Positions 27,901 through 39,969 are shown, counted from the stretch's first letter. The stretch is 64,000 nucleotides of DNA from Mesotaenium endlicherianum (GCA_009602735.1 WELA01002166.1:43891-107890), one strand, 5' to 3'. Program-made: numbers and translations. Notes: generated by a model not told the origin, from the letters alone.

Positions 27901-28515
27901 TCTTGATGTCTTTTGGCGTGATCAAGGCCAAAAGAAGCTCGTGTCCCTTCCTCACAAGTCTCTTGAGTTGGAGGGCGGACAATAGTATCTCGTGTGCCGG
28001 CTTCTGGATGTCTTGGGTCTGGATATTCTGGATTGCGCGCAAAATACAGATTCTTGAAGTGATGTCATTCTTGATCTTGATAGTACCGGTCCTCCAATCA
28101 ACTTGGGGGTTGTGCTTGGTCAACCAAGGCGTCCCTAGGATGACGTCGTACTTGCCCAATTGCATGGGGGAGAACACTACTCTATCCTTGAAGGACTTGA
28201 TAGAGAGTGCCAAGGGGTACGTCTTCTTGGAAGGGGTAGTATAGGAGAATCCATCGGGCATCATAATCTCCTCGTCGTGGTCAAGAGTTCGCATAGTAAT
28301 ACCGTGCTTGGTGGCAAAATCTGCAGCAATGAAGTTGCCTTGAGCTCCGCTATCCACCAAGATGTGGACCTTCTCTCCTCCAAGGTAACCTCTCAAACTC
28401 ATTGGGGCTGGAACGTCGTCTTCAACGGGGGTCTCCACCTCACTTGGCGTGTTGCCTTCTCGTGAAGTGGGTCTTGGGGTGGTAGGCTCCTGGCCTACCG
28501 GCGCTGTCCGTTTTT
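24908..28515 (-). CDS. pol: Pol polyprotein of copy A (aspartic protease, RT, RNase H, integrase, chromodomain), reached by -1 frameshift from gag
   Basis: LVDSGA, DYRALNK…[23 protein letters not shown]…CDTCQ, MDLI…SDRD…ERMN and YEVEDIV…[15 protein letters not shown], all in one uninterrupted ORF (24908-28573). Confidence 0.97.
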
Positions 28516-28516
28516 T
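28481..28516 (-). other. -1 programmed ribosomal frameshift signal
   Basis: Slippery heptamer A AAA AAC in the gag frame (28516-28510), followed 10 nt later by a perfect 7-bp hairpin GGTAGGC-CAGGA-GCCTACC (28499-28481). The -1 frame is the pol ORF. Confidence 0.85.
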
Positions 28517-29775
28517 GACAACTTTTTGGGGCATGAAAGTGCACGATGGCCCTTTTCCTTGCAATAAAAGCATAGTCCAGCCGTCATGAGAGCTTCTTTT
28601 TCAGCCGGGGAGAGTCTTGCTTTCACTCCTTGCTGGTTTCTTGCATCATAAGTGTCATTGGAGGGTCTTCCACTCTTCCGGGCAGCCGCGGGGTCCCTTT
28701 TAATAACTCCGATTTCCATGGGTGTGGGTCCAGATTCGGATGTGGAAGGGGCTGCGTACACCCGCGTCGTCGGTACCCGTGAAGATGAAGGCACGGAGTG
28801 CTTGAAATCCAAGGTATCCACCTTTTGGGCCACTTCAATGATCTTTGAGAAGTCCGTCAAGTCGCGTAACTCCACTTCCTTTGCCACCTTGGGTTTGAGG
28901 CCAAAGATGTAGCGGTCAATCTTCTCCTCGAGAGACATGTTGGGGATCTCAAGAGTGAGGGCGTGAAATCTGGATGTATACTCTTGAACGGACGTCGTTT
29001 GCTTGAGATGGTGGAGCTTTCCTCGGGCAATCTTCTCCGCATTGATGGGCATGAATTGCTTCTTGAGGGCCTCACGAAAATCTGCCCATCTTGCATATGA
29101 TGGTGGGGGCTCTTGGCCGAGCATGGGGTGCGCCATAGCTTGATATATAGCCGCTTGATAGTTACGCCACCATGATGTTGCTGCTCCTCTAAGTAAGGTA
29201 ACGGCAAAGGGAACGTAGTCCTCCTCGGGTACTTCAAGGAATGCGAGGTACGTCTCCACTTGGTAGAGCCATAAATTCAGGTTGGCACCTTTCCCGGGGT
29301 TGAAAGTGTCGGGTTTGCCGGGCTTGATGAGTTTCCTTGCTCTCGTTGGCTCTTGTGGAGGCGCTTGAGCCGGGGCTGGATTTTGAGCATTGCTCGCAAT
29401 AGGGGCAACCATGGCAGCCATAGCTTCTCTTGACGCTTGCACGGTTGCTTCATAGGTGGCCAAGCCCACTTGGTTGTGGACGGTCATTAGGAAGGCTGCC
29501 CACTCATTTGCGGGAACTCCTTGTGGTGGGGTCAACTTTGCTATAGCGGCTGCCACGGGATTTGACGGTGCTCCTCCTTGTGGTGCTTCTTGTTGTTGGA
29601 GATTTCCTTGAGTAGGCTCTCCCATCGACGCTGGAGGAGGGTGTGCTCCTCCTTGTGGTGCTTCTTGTTGTTGCAGATTTTCTTGAGTGGGCTCTCCCAT
29701 CGGCGCTGGAGGAGGGTGTCTTGGAGAGGAAGGGCTTCCTTCGAAAGCTTGCTGTTGGTCTTGAGGATCGGCCAT
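28495..29775 (-). CDS. gag: Gag of copy A (426 aa)
   Basis: ATG 20 nt downstream of the PBS, capsid-like [10 protein letters not shown]…[22 protein letters not shown], and zinc knuckle [14 protein letters not shown]. Confidence 0.95.
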   Translation of the reverse strand: MADPQDQQQAFEGSPSSPRHPPPAPMGEPTQENLQQQEAPQGGAHPPPASMGEPTQGNLQQQEAPQGGAPSNPVAAAIAKLTPPQGVPANEWAAFLMTVHNQVGLATYEATVQASREAMAAMVAPIASNAQNPAPAQAPPQEPTRARKLIKPGKPDTFNPGKGANLNLWLYQVETYLAFLEVPEEDYVPFAVTLLRGAATSWWRNYQAAIYQAMAHPMLGQEPPPSYARWADFREALKKQFMPINAEKIARGKLHHLKQTTSVQEYTSRFHALTLEIPNMSLEEKIDRYIFGLKPKVAKEVELRDLTDFSKIIEVAQKVDTLDFKHSVPSSSRVPTTRVYAAPSTSESGPTPMEIGVIKRDPAAARKSGRPSNDTYDARNQQGVKARLSPAEKEALMTAGLCFYCKEKGHRALSCPKKLSKNGQRR

Positions 29776-29795
29776 CTTCTTGTGCTACCAAAGTG

Positions 29796-29811
29796 CCTAG
29801 CTCCGATACCA
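29796..29811 (-). other. Primer binding site (initiator tRNA-Met type) of copy A
   Basis: TGGTATCGGAGCTAGG 1 nt inside the 5' LTR; the canonical plant form is TGGTATCAGAGCCAGG. Confidence 0.9.
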
Positions 29812-29812
29812 C

Positions 29813-30315
29813 TGTAGTGAAACAGATAGATAAAGTACTTAGTAAAACAGAATACTTTATCTATTCAAGACAAGGATCTTTGAACACAAGTGGTAGCTTC
29901 TTGAAAGAGAGATGGCTTCTTGAAAGTTAATATATTTCTGGATTTTGGCAAGTACAAGAGTGATTCTGGAATGTCTTTCTATGTTCTAGCTCTTGTTTAT
30001 ATACTTGCTACATAAGTAATTTCTAGGAAGGTGTATGTTGATGTGTTGGCACCCAACACATCCCAAAACTTGCCACCTCTTTCTAGAATAATGTACACAT
30101 GTCCTTTTGACCTAAAAATGGCACATTTGACTTCTGCCACATGGAGTTCTTCTAGGTCTTTCCTCTAACTTCGAAAATGCCTTGGAAGGTTCAAAGGACA
30201 TGAACCAAGTTACTAGAGTACCTATTCACACTTGACTCCACACAATACTACTCCAAATATATTTGAAAACATTAAAATATATGCAAACTAATATATAATA
30301 ACTCAAATCACTACA
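29813..30315 (-). repeat. 5' LTR of copy A (503 bp)
   Basis: Direct repeat of 23649-24150, adjacent to the PBS. Confidence 0.97.
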
Positions 30316-31477
30316 CATATAGTCAAGTGGTTGAATGCCTACACACTTCCAAGCGGCGCCCGTGCTAACCAACTTTACAAATGTTTCTTGAGCAAAGTCT
30401 AGGTGAAGTTGTAACCCTTTTTTATTGTGTTTGTGAAAAGGAGGTGCGGCTTTAAATGTCCATGCAAACCGATACCTTTTTGTGATGATAAAAAGAACCC
30501 AAAAAAAATCATACTATTGTCTCCACTTCCCCACTCTTTTTGCCAGCTTGTCCACCTTAAATAGAGTTCGTTGGGACTTGACCTCACACCACAATCCTCA
30601 CTGTATGTTTTGGTCTTTAACACTATAAGTTCATTTTCAGATTGTGTGACTTCTTCACTTGGCACACAACCTTTAATCATGATACATCGTGTATGAATGC
30701 TTTCAAAAATTTCACCAAGAAACGAAGGTCACTATTGACTATCCTTCAATGGGAAAAAACATATGATTCGAAATGTCTTGTTATGAATTTTTGCACAAAC
30801 GAGGTAGATCTACCAATTAAGCATCATGAAAAACTTCACACTTCACTAAGAAAGTGTTCTTTTGGTCTACAGTGTTACCACCGACCCATAATATTTAGCA
30901 AACTTCATAAACCTTTAACTAACTAAAGTTTTGTTAGGTGTTTCATCAAGAAATATCCACCTAAAATTTTCAAATATAACAACAAATAAGTTATACATCG
31001 TAAGATCGATCAACATAAAATACTTGAAAATTGACTCAAATCACGTTATCCATCATAAACATGTAAATTTAACTTTCAAATCACCATAAGTTGAGAATTT
31101 AAAACTGGCAAAATGCCATGATTGAAATAAGATTTTTAAAATTGAACACATTTTTTAGAAGTTAGTCCCATGTACTGGGAGCAAGGGAGGTCTAGCATGA
31201 CGTGCAGCAGGCTGCAATTGTAAGTAAGAATGGTCTGCATAATTCCCGTAGCCGTGAAGATCTATAACACTGCACATATCAAATCAAAACCCAGATCTCC
31301 CTCCCATTAAAATATTTTACCACGTGTATATGTAAAACCTAAAATCTGCCCTCGCCAGGTGGCCTGTAACTCTTTCCTAGAGTCAACGTCTTAATCTTGT
31401 CTATATGTTTACCCAACATATTTCTAATTACCATCCATCTGTATGAATTCTTTAAACAAGTGAATGAAGCACACGTA

Positions 31478-32425
31478 TCAAAGTAGGCTATCAACTTTAT
31501 CACGCTCAATCCAATCCAGCACGTCCGAACATGCGTCCATCAACTCTTGTCGATGCGTTCCATACGTCTTCCATTTTCCACTCTCCCATTTCCCATTCTT
31601 ACTAGCCTCCAACATTTCCTCTAATTCATGCCATCGCTTGAGCATTAATTCAAGACGAAATTGGATGAGGGAAAAGTGTCTGATATCTTTGCAATATTGC
31701 TTGGCACGGCAAAGATTTCTTTCTCAAGTATCCTGGCCTTTTCGTCCCTTGCAACCCTTTCTCGACGCCTCCGCAACACAGCACGCGCAAACAAAAGCAA
31801 ACTTCTTCAAACTACAACATACTTAGAAGCGCAAACATACGTCGCACACAAAGCAAGCAGAGAGCACGTTACGGCAGGTATAACCACCCTTGCAGCCTCC
31901 GCCACTTGCTTGTCACAATCAACACCACATGAGAGAGACTCCTTCATTTTTTCCTTCATTTTTTCCCGCAAAATATAGATTGTGGCCAGTCACACGTGTC
32001 AGAGTGGTAGTCCATGTATTGATCACAAAAAACCTTATACAATCTATTTTTTTTTTGATATTGACGAACTCTGGAAAGCACGTAATAGGCACTTTGAAGT
32101 TGGACTCGACCCTTCTTGTACAATGTATATTTTGTGCAAAATCGCATTTGTCACATTTTACAAGACTCTTCGTCGACCTCAAATTCCTCAAACTACAATT
32201 TGAATTAATCTTTGACACATCTTTCCTTTCACGCCTCACAAAGACATCTCTTGCAAGCCTCAATGACAGGATTAATTTGGTTAAAGGATACGACGTCCTA
32301 ATAATTGACAGAGAAGAAGAAGAATATGCATTCCCCTCTTGAACATGAGGAAAACGTGTAGTTCCATTGGCCTTTAATATCTGACGATGAAACTTGCGTC
32401 AAATGTGTGAGTTCTACCACTCATC
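31478..32425 (-). pseudogene. Decayed unidentified gene (stops and frameshifts)
   Basis: AG acceptor at 32427-32426, then protein-like pieces in shifting frames: RKFHRQILKANGTTRFPH…, YKKGRVQLQSAYYVLSRVRQY…, FSLIQFRLELMLKRWHELEEMLEA…LMDACSDVLDWIERDKVDSLL*. GC is higher than in the flanks. Confidence 0.45.
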
Positions 32426-34569
32426 CTGCACAAATTCTTATTGATTACAGAATATCACATGTTATTTTTGACACAATTATGAAGAAGAAATCAGACGTCA
32501 ATGACCTCCAAAACATGAAGTAAACCTCGATGTTGAGACACTTTACATATCAAAAACAAGATTCACCTTATAATACGTAGCAATGAGAGATCGTTTAGTG
32601 CTCAACATCCACAAACCTGTGTCCGTATCACAATGCATCAACGGCAGCCAAGAAAGAAAGAGGTACAAAAATAATTATGTCAGACAAGAAAAAATATGAA
32701 AAACACAAGATAATTTAACGACATCACAAGTGACAGAGGTGTACTTACTCGTGTGCTCTCTCTACATGTTAAAAGGACGTTAATCTGCAAGGGGAAAAAG
32801 GGGTGTTCGAGTCAATTTTTAGGGTGCAACAAACATTGCATGAATAATAAATGTTGTTTGAAGAGCAAAAAATACGTCGTTGCTTTCACCATTTTGTACA
32901 TTTCAAGGGTATTACTTTCATCCAAGCACACTTTATGAAGCGGCCTGTCACATCACACAATATGACGTACTTCGCGACTGCCCTATTTAATCTCAAATTT
33001 GTGGATCTAGCACTTTTGACATTATGACCTCAAATTGTGCAAAATTTTTACAACGCCTTTCTTTAAAGTCATCAACAATGTGTGCCAAGATCTAGAGTTG
33101 GCCAAGATTTTAAAGTAATTTTGTAAAACTCTCAACTTTCTTTGATTCAACATTATATAAAGGCGTGGCCTTTGTTCATTGCATTATATTTGTCTCATGC
33201 ATCTTATTCCACGAGTATATATTTGTCTCATGTACCCTATCTTTTTCAACACGTGTATTATCTACAACATAATGAATAAATTTAATTTATTATTCAATTA
33301 CATATTTTTTACTAATCACAACTTGATTATGGATAAAAATACCAACATAAACAAAATTTTATCATATTTAAATCTAAAAATGTAATTTGCAACAATCACA
33401 ACAATCTCATATTTATTATGGTGCATAAAATACATAAGATGGTAAATTTTTCTTCATCTAAGTATTTTGAAGATATATGCGGTATTCAAAGTTTTCAATT
33501 TGAAAATGGTCAATTTTAAGAAACTTTGACGGAAGAGGTAGTATTTTGAATAGAGTTGATTGACTAATATAGAAATGTCAAGAATAAAATTTCAATTAAT
33601 GGTTACAAAGATACATATATAAAAAAATTTGCAGGACAAAGAAGCAGCAGTAGTACAAAGAAACAACGTCGTAAATGATGCACATTAAATTAATTAATTT
33701 TAAAAAGTATATTAGAAAGTAAAAAGTGTAACAATAACAAAAAAACAACAATAAATACAAATAATTGCAAGGAATAGAAAAAAGTAGCAGCAACAAAGAC
33801 AAATAATAGTAGCAAAAATTTGCTTGAAAGTAAGTGTCTTGTGTCTTATATGTTTTATTTTTCACATTTCTAATTCTGCTTTATATTAAATAATATAAAA
33901 TAATAGCATAAAAAATGATTTTGTTCAATCAAAATTCAAATTGCAAACAAAAATAAAAAAAAGTAAAACACCTAACTATGCAAGTATAGTCAAACAGAAA
34001 ATATCATTGCAGCTATAAAAAATTTCATATCTAATATTTAACTATTTGTTGATTTGTTTTTTATGACGTACCAAAAATTTGTTTTTTCTAAATTTTTTAA
34101 TTTTTGATAAAAGTAAACTGTCAAAGATGCTGTAATTTTTTCAAGCTCCAATTAAAATCTCTTTTACAAACTTTACTTCTTACAATGTTAAATGTACAAA
34201 CTAAACGCGAGAGAACAATTTTTGTAAATCACGTCATTGAAAATGACATCAATTCAACATCATGTTCTGATGATCTGCATTTTATACAATATTCTCATTT
34301 TCTCATATTTGTCATTTTGAATCCTGAGGAGAGGACATGCTCAAGTTTACTTATGGCCGCCAGAAAGGAAAATGCGGAAATGAAATCATCTGTACAGAAA
34401 CTAATGTATGTTTTAAACGTTCATTGGACATAGAAAAATTGGTGTAACTGGCACTTTATGTAAGCTACCTGTTTGAAAAAGAATTTAATTTTGTGATTCT
34501 AGACTCTTGGACTTATTTCGAGATTGGCACTCTGTGTAAGCTACCTGTGTGAAGAAAAAATCATTTAGC

Positions 34570-35490
34570 GTGTGCTGACTAATCCGTAGTCAATTAGCAA
34601 AACGACCAAGAAGCTATTGCAAAAAGCGTCATAAAGTAATTCGACTACTTTGCAATAGTACGACATAATTACTCATTGAAATACTTTGATTAATTATATG
34701 ATGATAACCTAATCAATTACAAATTAATTGGTTTATGATTGTCATTATTCTGGATAATGCACAGTCACTGATTTGCATTAACGACAAGTCGTTAAATCGA
34801 ACAAAGTCGTAAAAGTTTAAACGAAACGATTAAGCAAAGTTACTTTGCATTCATACAAATTTAAACCCGCGATTCCTCGTTTGAGACAATCACACCTAAC
34901 CGATTGGCGAAGTAGTTATTATGATTACTCGGTCATGACAAAAGCATGTGCGCTGTAGTGAAACAGATAGATGAAGTACTTAGTGAAATATAATACTTTA
35001 TCTATTCAAGGCAAGGATCTTTGAACACAAGTGGTAGCTTCTTGAAAGAGAGATGGCTTCTTGAAAGTTAATATATTTCTGGAATTTGGCAAGTACAAGA
35101 GTGATTCTGGAATGTCTTTCTATGTTCTAGCTCTTGTTTATATACTTGCCAAATAAGTAATTTCTAGGAAGGTGTATGTTGATGTGTTGGCACCCAACAC
35201 ATCCCAAAACCTGCCACCTCTTTCTAGAATAATGTATACATGTTCTTTTGACCAAAAAATGGCACATTTGACTTTTGCCACGTGGAGTTCTTCTAAGTCT
35301 TTCCTCTACCTTCGAAAATGCCTTAGAAGGTTCAATGGATATGAACCAAGTCATTAGAGTACCTATTCACACTTGAATCCACACAATACTACTCCAAATC
35401 TATTTGAAAGCATTAAAATATATACAAACTAATATATAATGACTCAAATCACTACATGAGCACCACGAACGATCACGCAAACCTTGTTTA
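34570..35490 (+). repeat. Old fragment of a family-E-like LTR interrupted by solo LTR D
   Basis: 34570-34953 aligns with about 38900-39285 (GCTATTGCAAAAAGCGTC, CTAACCGATTGGCGAAGTA, TCATGACAAA.GCATGTG); weak similarity continues briefly after 35456. Confidence 0.8.
34954..35456 (-). mobile_element. Solo LTR D of the copy-A family
   Basis: Full 503-bp LTR with no PBS or PPT; flanks TGCGC and TGAGC (TSD with one mismatch). Confidence 0.95.
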
Positions 35491-38400
35491 TCTCTTATGT
35501 ATTGTATATACGAATATTACTCAGAGATGCTTGTTGTTGAATTTCAGTGAATCTATCCGTTCTACTGATATTTGTGTTATACGTCACGTGCAAGTGAGAT
35601 GTTTTCAACACTAAATTGAATACGTATCTTTTTTTCTATTGATTTTATTAGGCAACAAAATACGCTTTACATAGTGAGCAACTTCAATCATTTTTCTTCT
35701 TTTCAACAACAATTGACGCAAATGTCCTTAGAATTTTTTTTTTGTTTTTTATATTGCGCTACACACATTTACAACAGGTGAAATACAACATTCTATAAAA
35801 TCTATATCAATTTGTCAATTTATTGTGATAGAATATCACATTTTTCTTTAGTTCACGTTATATGATCAATTTATTCATTTATAACATTTCAATGTTGCCT
35901 TAACATAGTGTTCTATTACAACGCACTTTATTAGACAACAAAGATGATACGTTCGCTAGAAAAAAACACTTCTATTTTACTTCGATTAGCATAACAACCA
36001 GTAACAAAATGGATTAATGACTTTGATGGCTCATTTATTTTCTTTTTATCTTGAAGGTATAAAATAATGGCTTCCAATAAAATCACAATAGTAACTAAGA
36101 ATTTTACAAAGCTGTATATGAATATTAAAAAGTAGCAAGAGGCATTCAAGAAAGTCATAATTACCAAAAAAAAATTGATCAAGAAAATGTCAAAGACAAA
36201 ATGAGTCATTAGCAACAAAGAAATTACTAATTAATGCACACATCAATCCGACAAAATTTGAGATTCCATATAACATTGAAGATTGAGAAACATTTATGGA
36301 TCGGATGACCCCAATGAAAATAGTAAACATAAATAATTGTAATTGCTAACGAAGTAAAAGCTATTACCACAAAGGCAGCAACTCCAAAGTTTGACATGGA
36401 AAATACAAAAATTCAAATAAATATTAGACAACCAAGAGTTGAGCAATCAAAGCTAATCAATTTTCATGACAAGCCAGGTTTTGGACTTCAGATGTTTACA
36501 AAAAATGTGATTTGGAGGAATTTTGTCTAATGATTGCCAGAGTCGTACAAAACAATAGCCACTATCATGATTTTTGTACTATCAATTGTTGTCATTATAC
36601 TAGCAATAGTCACACAATCATGGTGATGATGATGAAAGATATGCATGTTCTTACTACAGTCATAAAAATATGTAAATACCGTAAATGATAGCCTATAAAT
36701 AAAAACATATACAAGATAACAAGATTTTATATCTGGCATAACTCATGTACAAGTTTGACATTTTCAACCAGTCCATTGTGCTTCCGGTTGCAAATCTCCA
36801 CTTCGTTTATTGAATGACACAACTACTATTCATCAATAGTAGTGTTGATTGACTCAAAATTAAAATTTTAGCTAAAGAAGGTGTGAAAATGTCAAGAACA
36901 AAATGCCATTTAATATATACAAACATACACCATTAAATAATAATAGAAGTTACATGACAAAGAAACAGCAGTAATACAGAGAAGCAACATCATAAATAAT
37001 GCACATTGCATCAATTGATTATAAGAAGCACAAATAGCAAATAAAAAGTGTAACAACAGCAAAATAATAAAAAGCATAAAAAAATAGTAAATTATTTAAG
37101 AACAACAACAACAAAAAGACAAACCATAGTAGCAAAACTAGTGTCGTGTTTCCCATATACTAATTTTTTTAAATTATTATTTTGCTAATTTGATGTGTTA
37201 AATTAAATTTTGAATATATGTTAAATTTTGTTTGTAAGATGTGAACGTTATAACTATTGTAAAATTTATATTTAAAGTGATTTATAAGATTCAATTTGGA
37301 AGTAGTTCAGTATAAAACACAAATTTAATGATGTTTAAGATGACGGGAGAAATTTTGGTGGATTGTATATTATAAATAAATGTCTTTTACTATAATTTTG
37401 AATGCGTACGTGCAAATTTGTTTTTAAAAGTTTGAAATTTTTTATTGAACAATTATTAATCAAATATAGACATTAAAAAAAATGATAGAATATTATTTTT
37501 TGTGAGTTTAGAAGCACATAATTATTAATTTGAACCATTGACAAATGACAAAATAAATCTTTAAACAAATGTCAATGAAATAAACAATTGACAAAAGAGA
37601 AAAAGAACAATTGAAATTTTTTTTAAAAATTACAAAAAAAAGTTACTTATATTAATTGTGATTGAAATTGATGAAGACGAACAAGTGTTCAATTAATTTC
37701 GTAACTTTTGAAAATATTGATGTTTGTTGTGATTATGCTAGGTGCTGATTTTAAACGTTTTTTAAAATGATATATTTTTAAACAAAAGATTTTTACGCAT
37801 TTAATTCTTTATTGCATACACTTTGAAGACAATACAAACAACAATGGGTGATATTTATGACTTGCGATACAAATTCTTAAGCATTTTATAATGAATCATT
37901 ATCATTTAAAGTATTAGATTGACTGCTTGTTCAAAGCAGAGATGCTTTCATAACAATGTTTCATTTAAAAAAATTGACGTCTATCATCGAAAACTAAAAA
38001 TTAATATATTTGTTCGTATAAAAAGAGAAGTAAAAAAATGTATTCTAATTAATTACAAAAGCAATTGTAAAGATATTATATTTTGATGCTGGAAACTTTT
38101 TTTATGGTGTATTATTATTGGCTGACGTATTAAATTAATTGTTTGTTCTAAAATAAAAATGTTTCAAAAACAGTGTTTTATTTAGAAGAGATGACGTAAC
38201 AAAATTTGTTTGAAGTTATTATTGTAGTTTGAACAATATATGTTCAATTTTAGATATTATTTTTAATATAGTCTATGAAGTAAAATTTTTATCGTTAATA
38301 TGTCTTACAATTTAGTATTTTCATTGAGAAACAATTGAACACACCTGTCAAAATTGGACTAAGATAGTATCCGGCATACTTCATCATGATGCAAAATTGG

Positions 38401-38775
38401 TAGAAGATTTATCCGATATCTTGAATGAAAAAAAAATTAAGAAAACAAAAAAAAAAAACGCAAAAACTTCTCATGATTCAAATCATTATGCATTGTGTCA
38501 AAATGTCTACAGGTTTTTTACGAATAAAAGATCTTCCATACATCTTCCATATTTAAAAAATAACAAAATTCATTTGAAATTGTTGATGTTTGTTTAACAA
38601 TATACACTTATTAATTTACAATTTATAATAAACCATCAACTCAACACTTTGACAATAACCAGCTTTGGATACAATTGAATTAATTAATTTTGTATAATCA
38701 CTTTCACAACAAGATTCATAATCACTTGGTGATGCAAACATGACACGTTCAAGACAAGATTTTTTTATCACCTAT

Positions 38776-39685
38776 TGTAACGATCTGAGCTTTTTAGGCA
38801 TATTTGGGATATCTTTTTAAATTACCAGAAATACGTGATATTATTTATCAATATATCATTTGATAAATGATTGCAATTCGATGAGTTATTTGCCACATGC
38901 GTGCGCCGACTAATTCCAAGTCGATTGGCGAAATAACCAAGATGCTATTGCAAAAAGCGTCGTGAAGTAATTTGACTACTTCGCAACAGTAAGACATAAT
39001 TAATTATGAAGTCACTTTGATTATTTATGAAGAGATAACTTAATTAGTCATAGATTGATTAACTTCTTTGATTGTCATTATATTTCGGATAATGCCACTG
39101 GCATTGATTTCGGTTTAATGACAAGGCGTTAAACCGAACAATCGTAAAACTCAAACGAAACCAAATATGCAAAATCACTTTGCATCCGAGCGGATTTGAA
39201 CGTGCGACCTTTCGTTTGTGACGTGCTAACCGATTGGCGAAGTAATTTTCATAACAACCGATTCATGACAAAGGCATGTGTACGCGACCCTGAGAACAGT
39301 CGCGACTTTTCCGAAAAGTTGCGTGAACGCGAAAACGCCCTTTTGGCGCGAAACGATTATTGGAAACCGTCGAAAAGTCTCCAAACGGCCAAACGGCACG
39401 TTACGAGCATTCAACCAAACGGGTTATACCCCTTCGCTTGTTTTTGTTGAACATGAACCAGTGCCCTAAGTGGTGACTTGAAGCACTCCAGTGCCTCATG
39501 TTGTGCAATACTTGCAAGAGCCATTGTGAGTTCAACTCTCACAAGCACCAATTTTACTTTAGTTTTCATTTTCGCTTTCACAAGAATTGTCTATATTCTC
39601 GAAATTATCGCTATTTCTTTTTCGCTAATATTAAATTATCCTTGAATACCGAGCAAAGATCCTCGTGAGATGCAGAAACGTTACA
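38776..39685 (+). repeat. 5' LTR of element E
   Basis: 7-bp inverted termini TGTAACG/CGTTACA, immediately followed by a Met-type PBS. Confidence 0.88.
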
Positions 39686-39792
39686 TTGGTATTGGAGCCA
39701 ATCTCGATTTCTTCAAGGAAATTGGTTTTTTAGTGGTTGGAAATTATATTTTGGATTTATTAGGACTATTTATTAGGACTCTTTATTTGGTA

Positions 39793-39969
39793 GGTCACCC
39801 ATCCCAGTACTACCCTGCGCTACGGTCGCTTATCATAATTTTTGGGGCAGATTGTCGAGTGGTCACCCATCCTAGTAGAGTCCTGCGAGACGGTTGCTTA
39901 TCATCATTATGGGACAGATGGCCGAGTAGTCACCCATCCCAGTAGTGCCTTGATATACGGTCGCTTATC
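39793..39969 (-). promoter_or_regulatory. Three tandem 5S rRNA-derived internal control regions (box A to box C), antisense to element E
   Basis: Units at 39793-39834, 39861-39902 and 39928-39969. Minus-strand copy 1, GATAAGCGACCGTAGCGCAGGGTAGTACTGGGATGGGTGACC, matches the plant 5S segment GTTAAGCGTGCTTGGGCGAGAGTAGTACTAGGATGGGTGACC (as recalled) at 32/42 with no gaps. Confidence 0.8.

Larger units (their letters stand above)
23649..30315 (-). mobile_element. Intact Ty3/gypsy chromovirus-type LTR retrotransposon (copy A)
   Basis: LTRs 23649-24150 and 29813-30315 with TGTAGTGA…TCACTACA ends, 5-bp TSD CATAT (23644-23648 and 30316-30320), PBS, PPT, and open gag and pol with order PR-RT-RH-IN-chromodomain. 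Confidence 0.98.

Noticed and set aside
25034..29930. Plus-strand and alternate-frame ORFs within copy A, and their equivalents in B
   Set aside because: Shadow ORFs of gag and pol with no independent motifs.
35931..36400. Hydrophobic minus-strand ORFs suggesting a membrane protein
   Set aside because: T-rich DNA yields Phe/Leu/Ile-rich frames by chance; they are interrupted by stops and have no motif.
39793..39969. CRISPR-like array or true 5S rRNA genes
   Set aside because: Eukaryotic context, homologous spacers and no cas genes. Only about 42 nt of 5S per unit is present, so these are not rRNA genes.
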